A stretch of DNA of 64,000 bases from a virus. Each line of letters begins with the position of its first letter. Position 1 is the stretch's first letter. The stretch is taken from the IMG/VR virus record IMGVR_UViG_3300016675_000314; one strand, written 5' to 3'. Both the position numbers and the translations under genes were made by a program. Below the pieces are notes generated by a model. That model was given only the letters and a program-made list of their open reading frames with translations. It was not told the DNA's origin and made no database searches. Of this stretch, positions 28,195 through 38,169 are shown piece by piece.

Positions 28195-30957
28195 TTAAGA
28201 CTCATTAGTTTCACTGCTAGAACTAGATGACTTTGTTACATTACCTTGCGCATCAGTAGTAGTTGATTCACTGGTCTCAGTTTTGCTAGACTGAGTTTTC
28301 GTTTCATCATTGTTGCCACTGGTGTCAAAGTCTAAAACGTCATTTAGAAAACCATCATTAGAATCACCGGTATTTGAGTCGCCGCCGGTAGAGTCATAAC
28401 TAGGTTCATTAGAAGATACTTCAGATTCCCTCAGATCAGCGTCGCCGGTTATTTTTTCAATGTCTTTATTGGCTGCGTTAGATACAGCTCTAGTATCCTT
28501 TAACATTAAAATAATTAACCTAGCTGTCTTGTTAATATGGTCAGCATATTTAAATACTTCGTTTTCATTATCATCACCGCCATCAATAAGCTCATTGAGG
28601 TTAGTGACTACGTCATCCATGTAATTGTTTTCAGCCATCCATTTACGAATAAAGAAACTCTTAAGGATGTTCTTAATTTCGTCTGCTTTGGAAGAAGCTT
28701 CGCCGCCAAATTCACTAGTAAAGATTTCGCTACTAACATAATTAGAAACGACTTTATCAACGGCCTCAACATATGCGTCTAATGCCGTCGTTTGATTGTC
28801 GATAGTTAGTGCGTCGGGCTGTGGTAGTTGTGCTTTAAAATTAGATAAAAACTCAGACACCACTAAACGAATAAGCACGTTTTTATTTTCAGCAAGAGGT
28901 CTGAGTTCTTCGTCGTTTTGAATGTCTCTAACTAAATCTTCGTAATTTTCTTCAACAACACTTTTTAATTTAGAAATCAAATTACCGTCATTAGTGGCGA
29001 CTTTTCGCATATGGTCAGTAATTTGAGGGATCATTATTTCTTGAATATCTGTAACGCGCTTAGCAAGCAACACGTTATTCGCCACTACTGTAGTAGCAAA
29101 ATCACCATTAAATGCGTTATCTACCGATTCCGGAGATAAACCCATAGACATAATTGTTCTCTTACGAAGCTCGTCTTCTAAGTCATTATCCGGAAGAGTG
29201 TATGATCTTTGTCCTTCACTTGTATTGAAAGACATGTCAGGTAAACCGGGGTGACCAGTAAACGTGAACTCATATCCTGCCCTACTTACCCAATCATAAA
29301 TATCCCCAGGAGAACTAAAACCAGTAGGGAAGTTCATCTGGCGAAGTCTCATGAAATTATGGACAGCCATCTCTATGGTTGTAGATGGGTCTCCATCAAT
29401 ATCGTCTAACTTCATTTCTACTTTTGTTGTACCAATAGAGTTACGTACTCTAGCCATAACCCCAGAGAAAAGAAGCATAGAGCGAAGTACATTGAGGTGC
29501 CTAGATCCATCTAGCAGAGATATACCGATGCCTCTACTATCATATCTAAAAGCAAAATAAGTAACAAGCTCAATAGGCACATACAACATCTGAGTCATTT
29601 GATTTGAAAAATGACGTGAGAGCATTAACCTATAAACATCCTCGTTTCTTGCAATAGAGACGTTTTTACCGTGAATCCCATTTCTAACTCTTGCTAGCAA
29701 ATCAGATTCAACAATATCGGCATATACTCGCGCAGCCTGTCTGGCGTCTAAGGTAGTGCAGCCCTGGCCACCCATGCCTTCTTTAGCCCGCTTCATCAAG
29801 TATGTGCTCATTTCCCCATTAGAATTCAGATGAGTGTTTATATTTTGATCGTATGTGTTTACACTGTTTTCTGTTAGCGGGTTTCCGTCAGCGTCCAACA
29901 ATAAGAAGTAACCGATATGGTTTTCTTCATTACCGGGCGTATAAACCGGAATCACTGCGCTAGAAGGAAAACGCATCACTAAGGGCGCACCAATTGTCAA
30001 TCTCTGCAATTCTTCGTCTGGTCTAATTTTATCAAACGGTTTTGTTTGATTATATTTTCTCTTATACAGTAACGACATTAATTGCTGGTCATTGAATTTA
30101 TTGTCGTTTTCTGTAGCTAAATCTAACCTATTAATGCCTAATTTATTCTTGACATCCATGATTTTATTTTTATCTAAAATCTTTGGTAATTTTAGAATTT
30201 GTGGATTATCAGTAATAAAAAGATTTGATTTGACATTACCAATTTTAATCTCAGGATCATAATCTGAGATTACTTCTTTATTAAAAAAGTCTTCAAATGA
30301 AACGCCGGTGACTTTGTCATTATCTGTAGTCGAAATATTAGGATTACCTAAAATACCTGTATGTTTAAACGTCTTTTTATTACTTGTAACAAAAGGACGA
30401 ATAGACTCCATTGTAATTCTAGAAGACCCATTAATAAGATCATCAATACTGTTTTCTGGAATGACAATGTGTGGATCAGAACCTTGTTCAATAAGTACGC
30501 TTCTTAGTATTTTTGGAACAAGTGGTTTTATCTTATAGTCCTGGTCAAAATAATCTTTCAAGATACTAAGCATCTCTGCGGTGATTTTTGGACTACATAA
30601 GTCATCACTTGCAACAATGTTTACATCGCCTTTAGTCATGTCTTTTGGTGAAATAACACAACTAACAAGAATTTGCGCAGCTAATTCCGTTTCTGGAAAA
30701 AGCTCCATCATTGACTTAAATTCACGACTCTTATTGGTAAGTTCCCTAGAAATTTGAGACAAACCGTTTAAAGCGCCTGTATCAATTGTTCTATTGCCTT
30801 TATTATCGTGAGTACTTGTGTCGACTGTTGGTTTAATTAACTTACTAATAGCGGCAGCGACACCCGGATTACTTCTTGTAAGATCAATAACTGGAAACTT
30901 TTTACCGCTATTAATCAAACTAATAGCGGTAGCAATTGTTGGTTTATTTTTGGCCAT
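28195..30957 (-). CDS. Portal protein (phiKZ gp129-like)
   Basis: 920 aa; ELAAQILVSCVISPKDM, IPENSIDDLING and MGLSPESVD motifs; divergent from a gp128-like gene; acidic Ser/Thr C-terminal tail. Confidence 0.72.
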   Translation of the reverse strand: MAKNKPTIATAISLINSGKKFPVIDLTRSNPGVAAAISKLIKPTVDTSTHDNKGNRTIDTGALNGLSQISRELTNKSREFKSMMELFPETELAAQILVSCVISPKDMTKGDVNIVASDDLCSPKITAEMLSILKDYFDQDYKIKPLVPKILRSVLIEQGSDPHIVIPENSIDDLINGSSRITMESIRPFVTSNKKTFKHTGILGNPNISTTDNDKVTGVSFEDFFNKEVISDYDPEIKIGNVKSNLFITDNPQILKLPKILDKNKIMDVKNKLGINRLDLATENDNKFNDQQLMSLLYKRKYNQTKPFDKIRPDEELQRLTIGAPLVMRFPSSAVIPVYTPGNEENHIGYFLLLDADGNPLTENSVNTYDQNINTHLNSNGEMSTYLMKRAKEGMGGQGCTTLDARQAARVYADIVESDLLARVRNGIHGKNVSIARNEDVYRLMLSRHFSNQMTQMLYVPIELVTYFAFRYDSRGIGISLLDGSRHLNVLRSMLLFSGVMARVRNSIGTTKVEMKLDDIDGDPSTTIEMAVHNFMRLRQMNFPTGFSSPGDIYDWVSRAGYEFTFTGHPGLPDMSFNTSEGQRSYTLPDNDLEDELRKRTIMSMGLSPESVDNAFNGDFATTVVANNVLLAKRVTDIQEIMIPQITDHMRKVATNDGNLISKLKSVVEENYEDLVRDIQNDEELRPLAENKNVLIRLVVSEFLSNFKAQLPQPDALTIDNQTTALDAYVEAVDKVVSNYVSSEIFTSEFGGEASSKADEIKNILKSFFIRKWMAENNYMDDVVTNLNELIDGGDDNENEVFKYADHINKTARLIILMLKDTRAVSNAANKDIEKITGDADLRESEVSSNEPSYDSTGGDSNTGDSNDGFLNDVLDFDTSGNNDETKTQSSKTETSESTTTDAQGNVTKSSSSSSETNES

Positions 30958-31002
30958 TTCAAGATCCTAAAAATCTCTCTTATTAAAATAGTGGAGTAGC
31001 TT

Positions 31003-34000
31003 GTGAGTAATAAACAGTACAGACTGTACATTGATAGTACGCTGGAGTTAGCTGAGACTGTTGTCATAAAGTCTGATTATGAAGCAAACTCTATAAACGA
31101 TTGGGTGGTTTTAAATTACGGTGAATCAGCTGTAAATTATTCTGACCCTACTACATGGAAATACTACATGAACATCTGCGGAGAGTACCATCCGACAGAT
31201 GAGATTATTTACATAACATCACTAGACACAATTGGCTCTATTGCTTTTACTAAAACTAATTTGGATTTACATCCAGCTACAAAAAGCGCGTATAGGTACA
31301 ATTCTCGTTATTATCGTGAATTGTTATTAGAGCACCCTGATAAAGAACAATTAATATTCGGCATTCTTTATCCAGCTAATTTAACGCAGGCTATTGAATC
31401 TAAAAATGGAAAGATACTTAGTTATCCTAAATATTTAATTGAAGATAACGAAATATCCTTGGAAGAGAAAATTCAAAAATGGATTTATGATTGGTTATTT
31501 AGATGGTACAATGTACAATTTAATAATAATCATGATTACTATTACATGGCTACAAAAGCCGTGCTGCATCTAACGCTAGTTGGTGCAATACTTGGTCTAA
31601 GGTTAAGAGCATGTAGGACTGACGAAGTTCATTCATTTCATGTAAGAGAATATTTATCTAGTCACAACGGTTTGGATAAATATTTAGACTACATGACTAG
31701 AAAACAGGCGTTATTCTTTTACAGAAACATTGCATACATTGAAAGAAATAGCGGAAAACAAGATACGTTCAAATGGCTTGTTGAAAAAGTACTTACTGAC
31801 AGAAGTATACCGCTGTCTCAGTTTACTATGAGACACGATGTGCGTAAATTGCCTAACGAATATTATCCAGAGATCGTATTTAGAAAGTCCGCTGTTAATG
31901 AAGTCTATAGCCAGCAAGACTCACAAGACGACACTTATGATCTTACTACTATTTTAGAAAAAGAAATACCGCTAGCTTCTTATAATAAGAAGTTTATAGA
32001 CGAACATAAAGAATCTATAAAAACAAAGTTTATAGACTCGCCATCTAATGTGGTTCAAACTAAGATGTTAGAGTCAAGCATGCTTGACTATACTGACGCC
32101 ACGCCATACACATTACAAGACATCGGATTTAACCATTGGGTTTATTTTGCACATATAGGACTATACACCGCTTACGTTAGAATACCACACCCAAGAACAG
32201 GCGCTGAATTAGTGCTCAACGCAAAAGATGCGGTTATTTACTACATGTATTTGCTAATGAAAAGTGTGGATTTTGTTCCTACAAATATACCTAAATTCGG
32301 AGCAATGCGCGTTGTTAGGCAGCCGTATGCTACCGTTGCAAATTTAATGTCTGTAGTTGATGCTAGTAGGATACCCGCTACAAAGGCCACAGAACTAATT
32401 AATACACTACCAGCCGTTGGCTTAATGGTGTCTATTAATGCTTTTAATTCAAAGGCTAATGAGTTATATCAGGCTGCACAAAAACAAATACTAATTGTTG
32501 CTAGTGAAGAGCGCCACTACAATAGAGGCTTAGTGCACAATATGGCTAATGCGTTATATCAAGACGCATTAGTGGACTATACTGGTGGTACGGATATAAA
32601 TTATGAGAAGTGGGTCTACGATCATGCGCTACCGGGCGCGGAACTGAGTCAAGAAGAATGTAACGATCTTTATAAAGTCGTCTATGAGTCTGCTACAGGT
32701 ATTTCTTTAAAATCTGTGGCTGAATTGGCGGCGTTGCAAAAAGCGATGATCGGCATAATGACACAATTGTCGAGTTATTCTATTCAGTTTCTAACAAAAA
32801 TTAATTCAGCCAGTGTACGACCCCTAAATTGGGCGATGATCAGACCTGACGATTTAATCACTACTGGTAAAGGTTATCATCAGATAGAGGATAACGATAT
32901 AACAGTATTGGATGTGGAGTCTGAGGAATTTAATAGAGTACCAATAGAACTTGACCCAATTGTTGTTGATCATAATGTTGTTACGATAGTCGGGGATCAT
33001 AAAGACATTGACATTCCTGTTAAGCCATCTATCGATATTAATGCTACTAGGCGTTTTATTGAAATTTCAATGATGAACTATACGGTTAATTGTCCTATAT
33101 TTGAAACACCGCCAATAGGTCAAGTGAAGTATTTACCAAGTTATCAAGCTTTTTATGATTTAACGTTAGAACAACAAAAAACGATTAAAAGCATATACTG
33201 CGATTGTTTCCCTGATGCTGTTCCCAATACTAAGATTGAGCTGGGCGACGCTATCTCCAGAGATACGCTGATGTCGTTTAAGTACCTGCATTTTGGGCAA
33301 CCTGTGCTCAAATCCTTTAACTTCATCTATTTACCATCCGATGTAGAGAACGGCATTAAAACCACAATTAGTGTTGATTTAGATGCTATTAGTTTTAGTG
33401 GTGGGACGCTAATGATGCCTGGCGTAGCTATGATTGGGTACGAACATCACTTAAATATCTTCTTAGATATTAGCGACAACGTTAATGTTAATGGCTTCCT
33501 ACATAAACCTGAATTAATCCTTGGCGATCTTTATGATCTTCATGATAATTTTGGTTTAGGTATTTCATTAAAGAAAATTAAATTAATTACAGATTCTGCT
33601 GAATTTACAATGAATAATGCGATTCAGTACGGCACATTAGACTTTAAGTATTTCATTAATGAAAAACACCAAAGCAATATAAGCCGTGTAACTGAATTAA
33701 GTGAAATTGGTTTTACAAAGGTAACTGATAAATACCAGTCAGCCTTAGACGTAATCACAGACAAAACGTCTTTACCATTAACACATGAGATAGACGCAGC
33801 TGAAATAACTAATAAATACGTTATTGATTTAATGGCAGTAGACTATAAATATCATATTGGTGAAAATGTAGCTATTGAAGCCAAATATATTAGTGAGTAT
33901 ATAAGTTTAGGTTTTGACGTATACAATAGCGACGTTTATACGGCGCTTACAAACGGGCCGTTCTTATCTGATCCAGATCTAATTGGTGCACCATACTACA

Positions 34001-34059
34001 GTTTAGGTGGTTTTGCAATTAGCGGGGTCGATGGTAAGGTTATATTTAATATTACCTAA
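31003..34059 (+). CDS. Virion structural protein (phiKZ gp128-like N-terminal region)
   Basis: 1018 aa; WKYYMNICGEYH, CRTDEVHSFHV and QALFFYRNIAYIERNSGK motifs; GGAG upstream. Confidence 0.6.
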   Translation: MSNKQYRLYIDSTLELAETVVIKSDYEANSINDWVVLNYGESAVNYSDPTTWKYYMNICGEYHPTDEIIYITSLDTIGSIAFTKTNLDLHPATKSAYRYNSRYYRELLLEHPDKEQLIFGILYPANLTQAIESKNGKILSYPKYLIEDNEISLEEKIQKWIYDWLFRWYNVQFNNNHDYYYMATKAVLHLTLVGAILGLRLRACRTDEVHSFHVREYLSSHNGLDKYLDYMTRKQALFFYRNIAYIERNSGKQDTFKWLVEKVLTDRSIPLSQFTMRHDVRKLPNEYYPEIVFRKSAVNEVYSQQDSQDDTYDLTTILEKEIPLASYNKKFIDEHKESIKTKFIDSPSNVVQTKMLESSMLDYTDATPYTLQDIGFNHWVYFAHIGLYTAYVRIPHPRTGAELVLNAKDAVIYYMYLLMKSVDFVPTNIPKFGAMRVVRQPYATVANLMSVVDASRIPATKATELINTLPAVGLMVSINAFNSKANELYQAAQKQILIVASEERHYNRGLVHNMANALYQDALVDYTGGTDINYEKWVYDHALPGAELSQEECNDLYKVVYESATGISLKSVAELAALQKAMIGIMTQLSSYSIQFLTKINSASVRPLNWAMIRPDDLITTGKGYHQIEDNDITVLDVESEEFNRVPIELDPIVVDHNVVTIVGDHKDIDIPVKPSIDINATRRFIEISMMNYTVNCPIFETPPIGQVKYLPSYQAFYDLTLEQQKTIKSIYCDCFPDAVPNTKIELGDAISRDTLMSFKYLHFGQPVLKSFNFIYLPSDVENGIKTTISVDLDAISFSGGTLMMPGVAMIGYEHHLNIFLDISDNVNVNGFLHKPELILGDLYDLHDNFGLGISLKKIKLITDSAEFTMNNAIQYGTLDFKYFINEKHQSNISRVTELSEIGFTKVTDKYQSALDVITDKTSLPLTHEIDAAEITNKYVIDLMAVDYKYHIGENVAIEAKYISEYISLGFDVYNSDVYTALTNGPFLSDPDLIGAPYYSLGGFAISGVDGKVIFNIT

Positions 34060-34069
34060 ATAAAGAATA

Positions 34070-34102
34070 TACTAGTCTGGGTGTAAAAAACCCAGACTAG
34101 TA
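34070..34102. terminator. Intergenic hairpin, 13-bp stem
   Basis: tactagtctgggt-gtaaaaa-acccagactagta. Confidence 0.6.
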
Positions 34103-34137
34103 ATTCTGTGTATTTGAATTTTCTCGGAGAATTATTA

Positions 34138-34980
34138 ATGGAAATCATCACACGTACAGTATATGGCGCTGCTCTTCAAACGGCGCAACTTACTGGTAAG
34201 CCTTTTACTTTGGTAACTAACTCCACTCTTAATGAAAAGTTGTCTGTTTTAACTGGTCCTACGATTGCACCGCAAGAGTATCCTAGACTGCAGTATGTTT
34301 GTATTGGTAATGGTGGACACGGTATTCGTAGCGGCGGTAGCGGTATGTCCGTTCCTGTACCTTTGCAGCATCGCACAAGCGACGCAGCGCCATATAACAT
34401 CATCCCTTTTGCTATTCGACATATTGATAACGATTTAACAAACGTTGAGCGCGCCCGTTACGCGCTGCGCCGTACCGAAACACATAGCGGTGAAAATTAC
34501 TTTGCTTACTATTTGCGTCGTCTACCTGTTACGGCTAGTAGTGTGGTTATGAATCATAAAACAGTGGTTGGAGCAAATACTACTGTTACGCCATTTATTC
34601 CTACTGCCGCTAATCTTAGTCCCACGCCTCCAGATATTGCTTCTTCCGGTAGTACCGTCACGACCGGCGACTATCTCACGGCTACCCTGCAGGTGGCGTT
34701 TGATTTAGACTCTTTTGACATTCAAGAAATTCTAAATGCTTGTAACTTAATTTATGGTGATGATGATTTTGCCATTATTAGTGAAATTGGTTTGTGCTCT
34801 GGTTTAGAGCGCACCATTACTACCACTGGGACAGGTGGCAGCACTATCAATTTTGATGAGGTAGCCGCATGCCAAATTCACACCCACGTTAGTTCTTTTC
34901 ACGCACTGAAGTTTACCATGGGTGGTGTTAATACTACGTTTGACATTGGTGCTACCGAACCGCTGCTTATTACGCCTTAA
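34138..34980 (+). CDS. Virion structural protein (phiKZ gp139-like)
   Basis: Probable start MEIITRTVYG at 34138 (GGAGA upstream); YVCIGNGGH, YFAYYLRRL and IISEIGLCSG motifs. Confidence 0.65.
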   Translation: MEIITRTVYGAALQTAQLTGKPFTLVTNSTLNEKLSVLTGPTIAPQEYPRLQYVCIGNGGHGIRSGGSGMSVPVPLQHRTSDAAPYNIIPFAIRHIDNDLTNVERARYALRRTETHSGENYFAYYLRRLPVTASSVVMNHKTVVGANTTVTPFIPTAANLSPTPPDIASSGSTVTTGDYLTATLQVAFDLDSFDIQEILNACNLIYGDDDFAIISEIGLCSGLERTITTTGTGGSTINFDEVAACQIHTHVSSFHALKFTMGGVNTTFDIGATEPLLITP

Positions 34981-34981
34981 T

Positions 34982-35563
34982 ATGTTTTTACCCTATACAC
35001 AGCAAGATAGGGTGGCCAATATCGTAGGTATAGACCCAGGGTCACAAACTCTGGGTCTATGTGTTTTGTCTTTTGATATAGTCACTCTTGACATTATCAA
35101 TACGCAAGCAAAAACATTCTACGGTGATAGACTTCCTCAGTATGATAAATTTATCGCTGCAACGCACGGCGATAGAGTTGCAAGAATCTTAGCTCATAAA
35201 CAAAACATAAAAGAATTACTTTACTACTATAAACCTATAATTATAGCTAGTGAGTCACCTTTCTTTAATACTAGACGACCGAACGCTTTTGCGGCTCTTT
35301 TAGAAGTATTAACTATGGTAAGGGATTGCGTAATTGAGTACAGTCCTTATCAGCCGTTGATCGGAATAGATCCGCCGACTGTAAAGAAAGCTGTTGGGGC
35401 TCCGGGTAACGCTGATAAAGCCGCAGTGCTTGCGGCTTTATCTAAAATAAGCGATATATTAAAATTAAATCAAAACTATATTTGCCAGTTAGACGAGCAT
35501 TCTGTTGATGCAGTGGCTGTGGCTTATTGCGCATATGTTAATCAAATCTTAAATAGACAATAA
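34982..35563 (+). CDS. ruvC: RuvC-like Holliday junction resolvase
   Basis: GIDPGS, ASESPF and DEHSVDAVAVA give the RuvC D-E-D-D set; probable start at 34982. Confidence 0.85.
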   Translation: MFLPYTQQDRVANIVGIDPGSQTLGLCVLSFDIVTLDIINTQAKTFYGDRLPQYDKFIAATHGDRVARILAHKQNIKELLYYYKPIIIASESPFFNTRRPNAFAALLEVLTMVRDCVIEYSPYQPLIGIDPPTVKKAVGAPGNADKAAVLAALSKISDILKLNQNYICQLDEHSVDAVAVAYCAYVNQILNRQ

Positions 35564-35572
35564 AGGCCCTTT

Positions 35573-35830
35573 ATGACAACAACCAATACAACACCTAAAA
35601 AAAGTTCAAATGCTCCCTCTTGGCTAATTTATCTGTTATTAGCAGGACTGACTCTATCTTTCATTGTTAATATTGCAATGTTTACAATGATCCTTGGCAG
35701 CCTTCAACAAATCTATCGTCAAGTAGGCGGCGTCATTTCTATGCATGAGTATATTACCTCTGATGTTGAAAAACACAGAGCCGAAATAAATAAAAAAGCA
35801 CCAACAAATAACAAACAGCCTAATAAATAA
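35573..35830 (+). CDS. Small single-TM membrane protein (lysis cassette candidate)
   Basis: Hydrophobic WLIYLLLAGLTLSFIVNIAMFTMIL segment; basic C-terminus. Confidence 0.5.
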   Translation: MTTTNTTPKKSSNAPSWLIYLLLAGLTLSFIVNIAMFTMILGSLQQIYRQVGGVISMHEYITSDVEKHRAEINKKAPTNNKQPNK

Positions 35831-35842
35831 TGAGGTTTCAAA

Positions 35843-36373
35843 ATGGGTTTTCTATTTAAATTATTTAAAAATCTAATTGGATTTTTCTTACCCCAATTAG
35901 ACTTGGGTGGTCTATTTATTAAATTTATTTTTAGTTTATTCGTTGTCGGTATTGCCGCAGGTGGCGCAGCAGTAATTAAACACAAATACGACAATTATAA
36001 AACTACACAAGAAGATAATAAGAAACTTAAAGAAAATATCACTCAAGTAGTTGACACTAATAAAGATTTAGAAAAAACTATAGACAATACCAAAAAGAGC
36101 GGGGAAGTAACCGCTGATAGTATTTCTAAAAACTCTGACGCTAAAGCAGATATTGAATCAAAAACTAATCACACTCTTAGTAATTTAGATAAAAAGAGAA
36201 AAGAAGCCGAGATTAAAAAGAAAGAACCTGTTAAACCAAAAACAGATATTGATAAACCGTCGCCCAGCGAGGGTTATCAAGACAAAACTATTTCTGAGCA
36301 CAATATCGACGCTGCTTGGAAATCTTTTTGCGAAATGGGCGGCAACAGTGAGTTGTGTTCTGCAAACACTTAA
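35843..36373 (+). CDS. Putative inner-membrane spanin (i-spanin)
   Basis: N-terminal TM (LFIKFIFSLFVVGIAAGGAAVI), a coiled-coil-like region and C-terminal Cys residues; directly upstream of a lipoprotein. Confidence 0.6.
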   Translation: MGFLFKLFKNLIGFFLPQLDLGGLFIKFIFSLFVVGIAAGGAAVIKHKYDNYKTTQEDNKKLKENITQVVDTNKDLEKTIDNTKKSGEVTADSISKNSDAKADIESKTNHTLSNLDKKRKEAEIKKKEPVKPKTDIDKPSPSEGYQDKTISEHNIDAAWKSFCEMGGNSELCSANT

Positions 36374-36384
36374 AGGAATTTAAA

Positions 36385-36717
36385 ATGAAAAATATTAATT
36401 TATATTCGTTACTGGTCGTGTCGTTTTTAATTACCGGTTGCTCACCGTTTGTTATAAGAGAAGAAGTCATTGTTTATAAAACTAAAACCGTTCTTTTAGA
36501 ACCACCCGAAGCACTATATAGACCAGTGGCACTTGTTCCTCCTCCTGATAAAGAAGACTATCTTGCCTATAATTCTCAGCAAAAAGAAAATGCCTGGGTA
36601 GATATTTATATTAAGCAAAATAAAAATACCGCCATATGCAATAGACAAGCTACTGATCTTAAAAACTGGGTAACAGAACAAAAGTCTATTTATGATAAAA
36701 ACGAGGCACCAGAATGA
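36385..36717 (+). CDS. Putative outer-membrane lipoprotein spanin (o-spanin)
   Basis: Start MKNINL at 36385 (AAGGA upstream); lipobox LITGC; Pro-rich EPPEALYRPVALVPPP; a second Cys in AICNRQ. Confidence 0.7.
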   Translation: MKNINLYSLLVVSFLITGCSPFVIREEVIVYKTKTVLLEPPEALYRPVALVPPPDKEDYLAYNSQQKENAWVDIYIKQNKNTAICNRQATDLKNWVTEQKSIYDKNEAPE

Positions 36718-37328
36718 CTACGCCAGTGATACCACCTGTTCTTAGTGATGGTGCTACTCCGGATAATGACGCAGCTCAAGCACAGGTGCCCGATCCAAAC
36801 ACAGCGACCAATATAAATACACCTGTTAAAACCTCTAACATACCAGATAATAATGTTTCACCTATAACACCAGTGAATTCGTATGCTGACGTTATCAATA
36901 CACCGTCGGCTTACGACATACGTAACCCTAACAGATTCATGCCAACGTTAAAGCCGTATGGTTCTATGCTTGCACTAGACCCTACAGAGGTATTAAGACG
37001 CGGGTATATGAATATGACCATCGATGAACAGGCCACAATTGCTGCGGCTTATTTATCAGCACAAGCACAAATTCTTTCTCCATTTGATACAAATGAAGAA
37101 CTAGAAGAAAAGAAAGCCAGACTAGAGATGGATAAGGGCAGTCACCGAATGGCCACCATCTTTAAATGGATGATTCTTATTATTTGTGGTGCTCTATTTC
37201 TCGCCTTTGTGTATTTAATCATTTATTTTTCTAGCAAAGGAGTTTTAACTGACGCTGGAGTTATAAATGGTGTTATGCAAATGTTCAATGACACAGTTAG
37301 AGCCTTTTTTTCAGGATCTAAATATTAA
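36714..37328 (+). CDS. Two-TM membrane protein (holin candidate)
   Basis: Pro-rich N-terminus and two hydrophobic segments near the C-terminus; ATGA overlap with the o-spanin gene. Confidence 0.45.
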   Translation: MTTPVIPPVLSDGATPDNDAAQAQVPDPNTATNINTPVKTSNIPDNNVSPITPVNSYADVINTPSAYDIRNPNRFMPTLKPYGSMLALDPTEVLRRGYMNMTIDEQATIAAAYLSAQAQILSPFDTNEELEEKKARLEMDKGSHRMATIFKWMILIICGALFLAFVYLIIYFSSKGVLTDAGVINGVMQMFNDTVRAFFSGSKY

Positions 37329-37336
37329 GGATTAGT

Positions 37337-38098
37337 ATGAGTTTTGTTAATGCTTTTAAATTAGCTACTGAAGACGCAGCGACTGCCGCGCAAGCTAAAA
37401 GAGAAGACGAGATTGTGGTTTATTGCAAAATCAACAATTTTGATGGATTAAAAAACGCTAGTTATAAAGAATCTCAAGAACAATGGGAGGTAAAGAGTCG
37501 TAACGGTAAAATCCGTGTACGTAAAACCACCGTCGCTGATCTTGAATCTAAATACAGCATGGCTATTAAGGTTAAAGATAAGAGTGCTGGATTTGAAGGT
37601 AATAAAGAAGTAGAGTTTGACATTAGCGCAGATGCATTTGATGCTCTCAAAGCAATTGCCCATTCCGGTATGAATAAAGACCGTTATGTCTTTAAAACTA
37701 CTAAATCCACTATTAATCTTGGTAGTGGTAAAACAGAACTTCAAGTGCCTGATTTAGTATATGAGGTAGATGTTTTTCATGACGGCAACGGCGGATATCA
37801 TCCCTGGTGTAAGATTGATATTGAAATCAATGATTTACTTACAGCCGTTGGTGAAACATCCCCCGAGGATACGAACGAAGTAAATATTACACTCAAAGTC
37901 TCTGATCTACCGTTTCAGCCAAGCGACCCGGTTGTTAATGTAAATGCTACGGCTGAGCAAAACGCTTTCATCACAAAGCTTTATGATGAATATTTCTTGA
38001 TTACATGTAAAGATGTCCCTCCTGTTCAAGAAACTAAAGAGGAACCAGTTACAGAACCAGCGCAATCCGCTGAGCAAGACACAACTGTGAACGAGTAA
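37337..38098 (+). CDS. CYTH (triphosphate tunnel) domain protein
   Basis: EDEIVVY, IRVRK, KEVEFDI, KDRYVF, YEVDVF and KIDIEI follow the CYTH motif order. Confidence 0.6.
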   Translation: MSFVNAFKLATEDAATAAQAKREDEIVVYCKINNFDGLKNASYKESQEQWEVKSRNGKIRVRKTTVADLESKYSMAIKVKDKSAGFEGNKEVEFDISADAFDALKAIAHSGMNKDRYVFKTTKSTINLGSGKTELQVPDLVYEVDVFHDGNGGYHPWCKIDIEINDLLTAVGETSPEDTNEVNITLKVSDLPFQPSDPVVNVNATAEQNAFITKLYDEYFLITCKDVPPVQETKEEPVTEPAQSAEQDTTVNE

Positions 38099-38120
38099 CC
38101 CTCTAGTAATAGTTTATTAG

Positions 38121-38161
38121 CATACCACCAGTACTGGACAAAATCCAGTACTGGTGGTATG
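38121..38161. terminator. Hairpin between convergent genes; the perfect 18-bp stem includes CATA/TATG
   Basis: cataccaccagtactgga-caaaa-tccagtactggtggtatg. Confidence 0.75.
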
Positions 38162-38169
38162 TTGTTATA

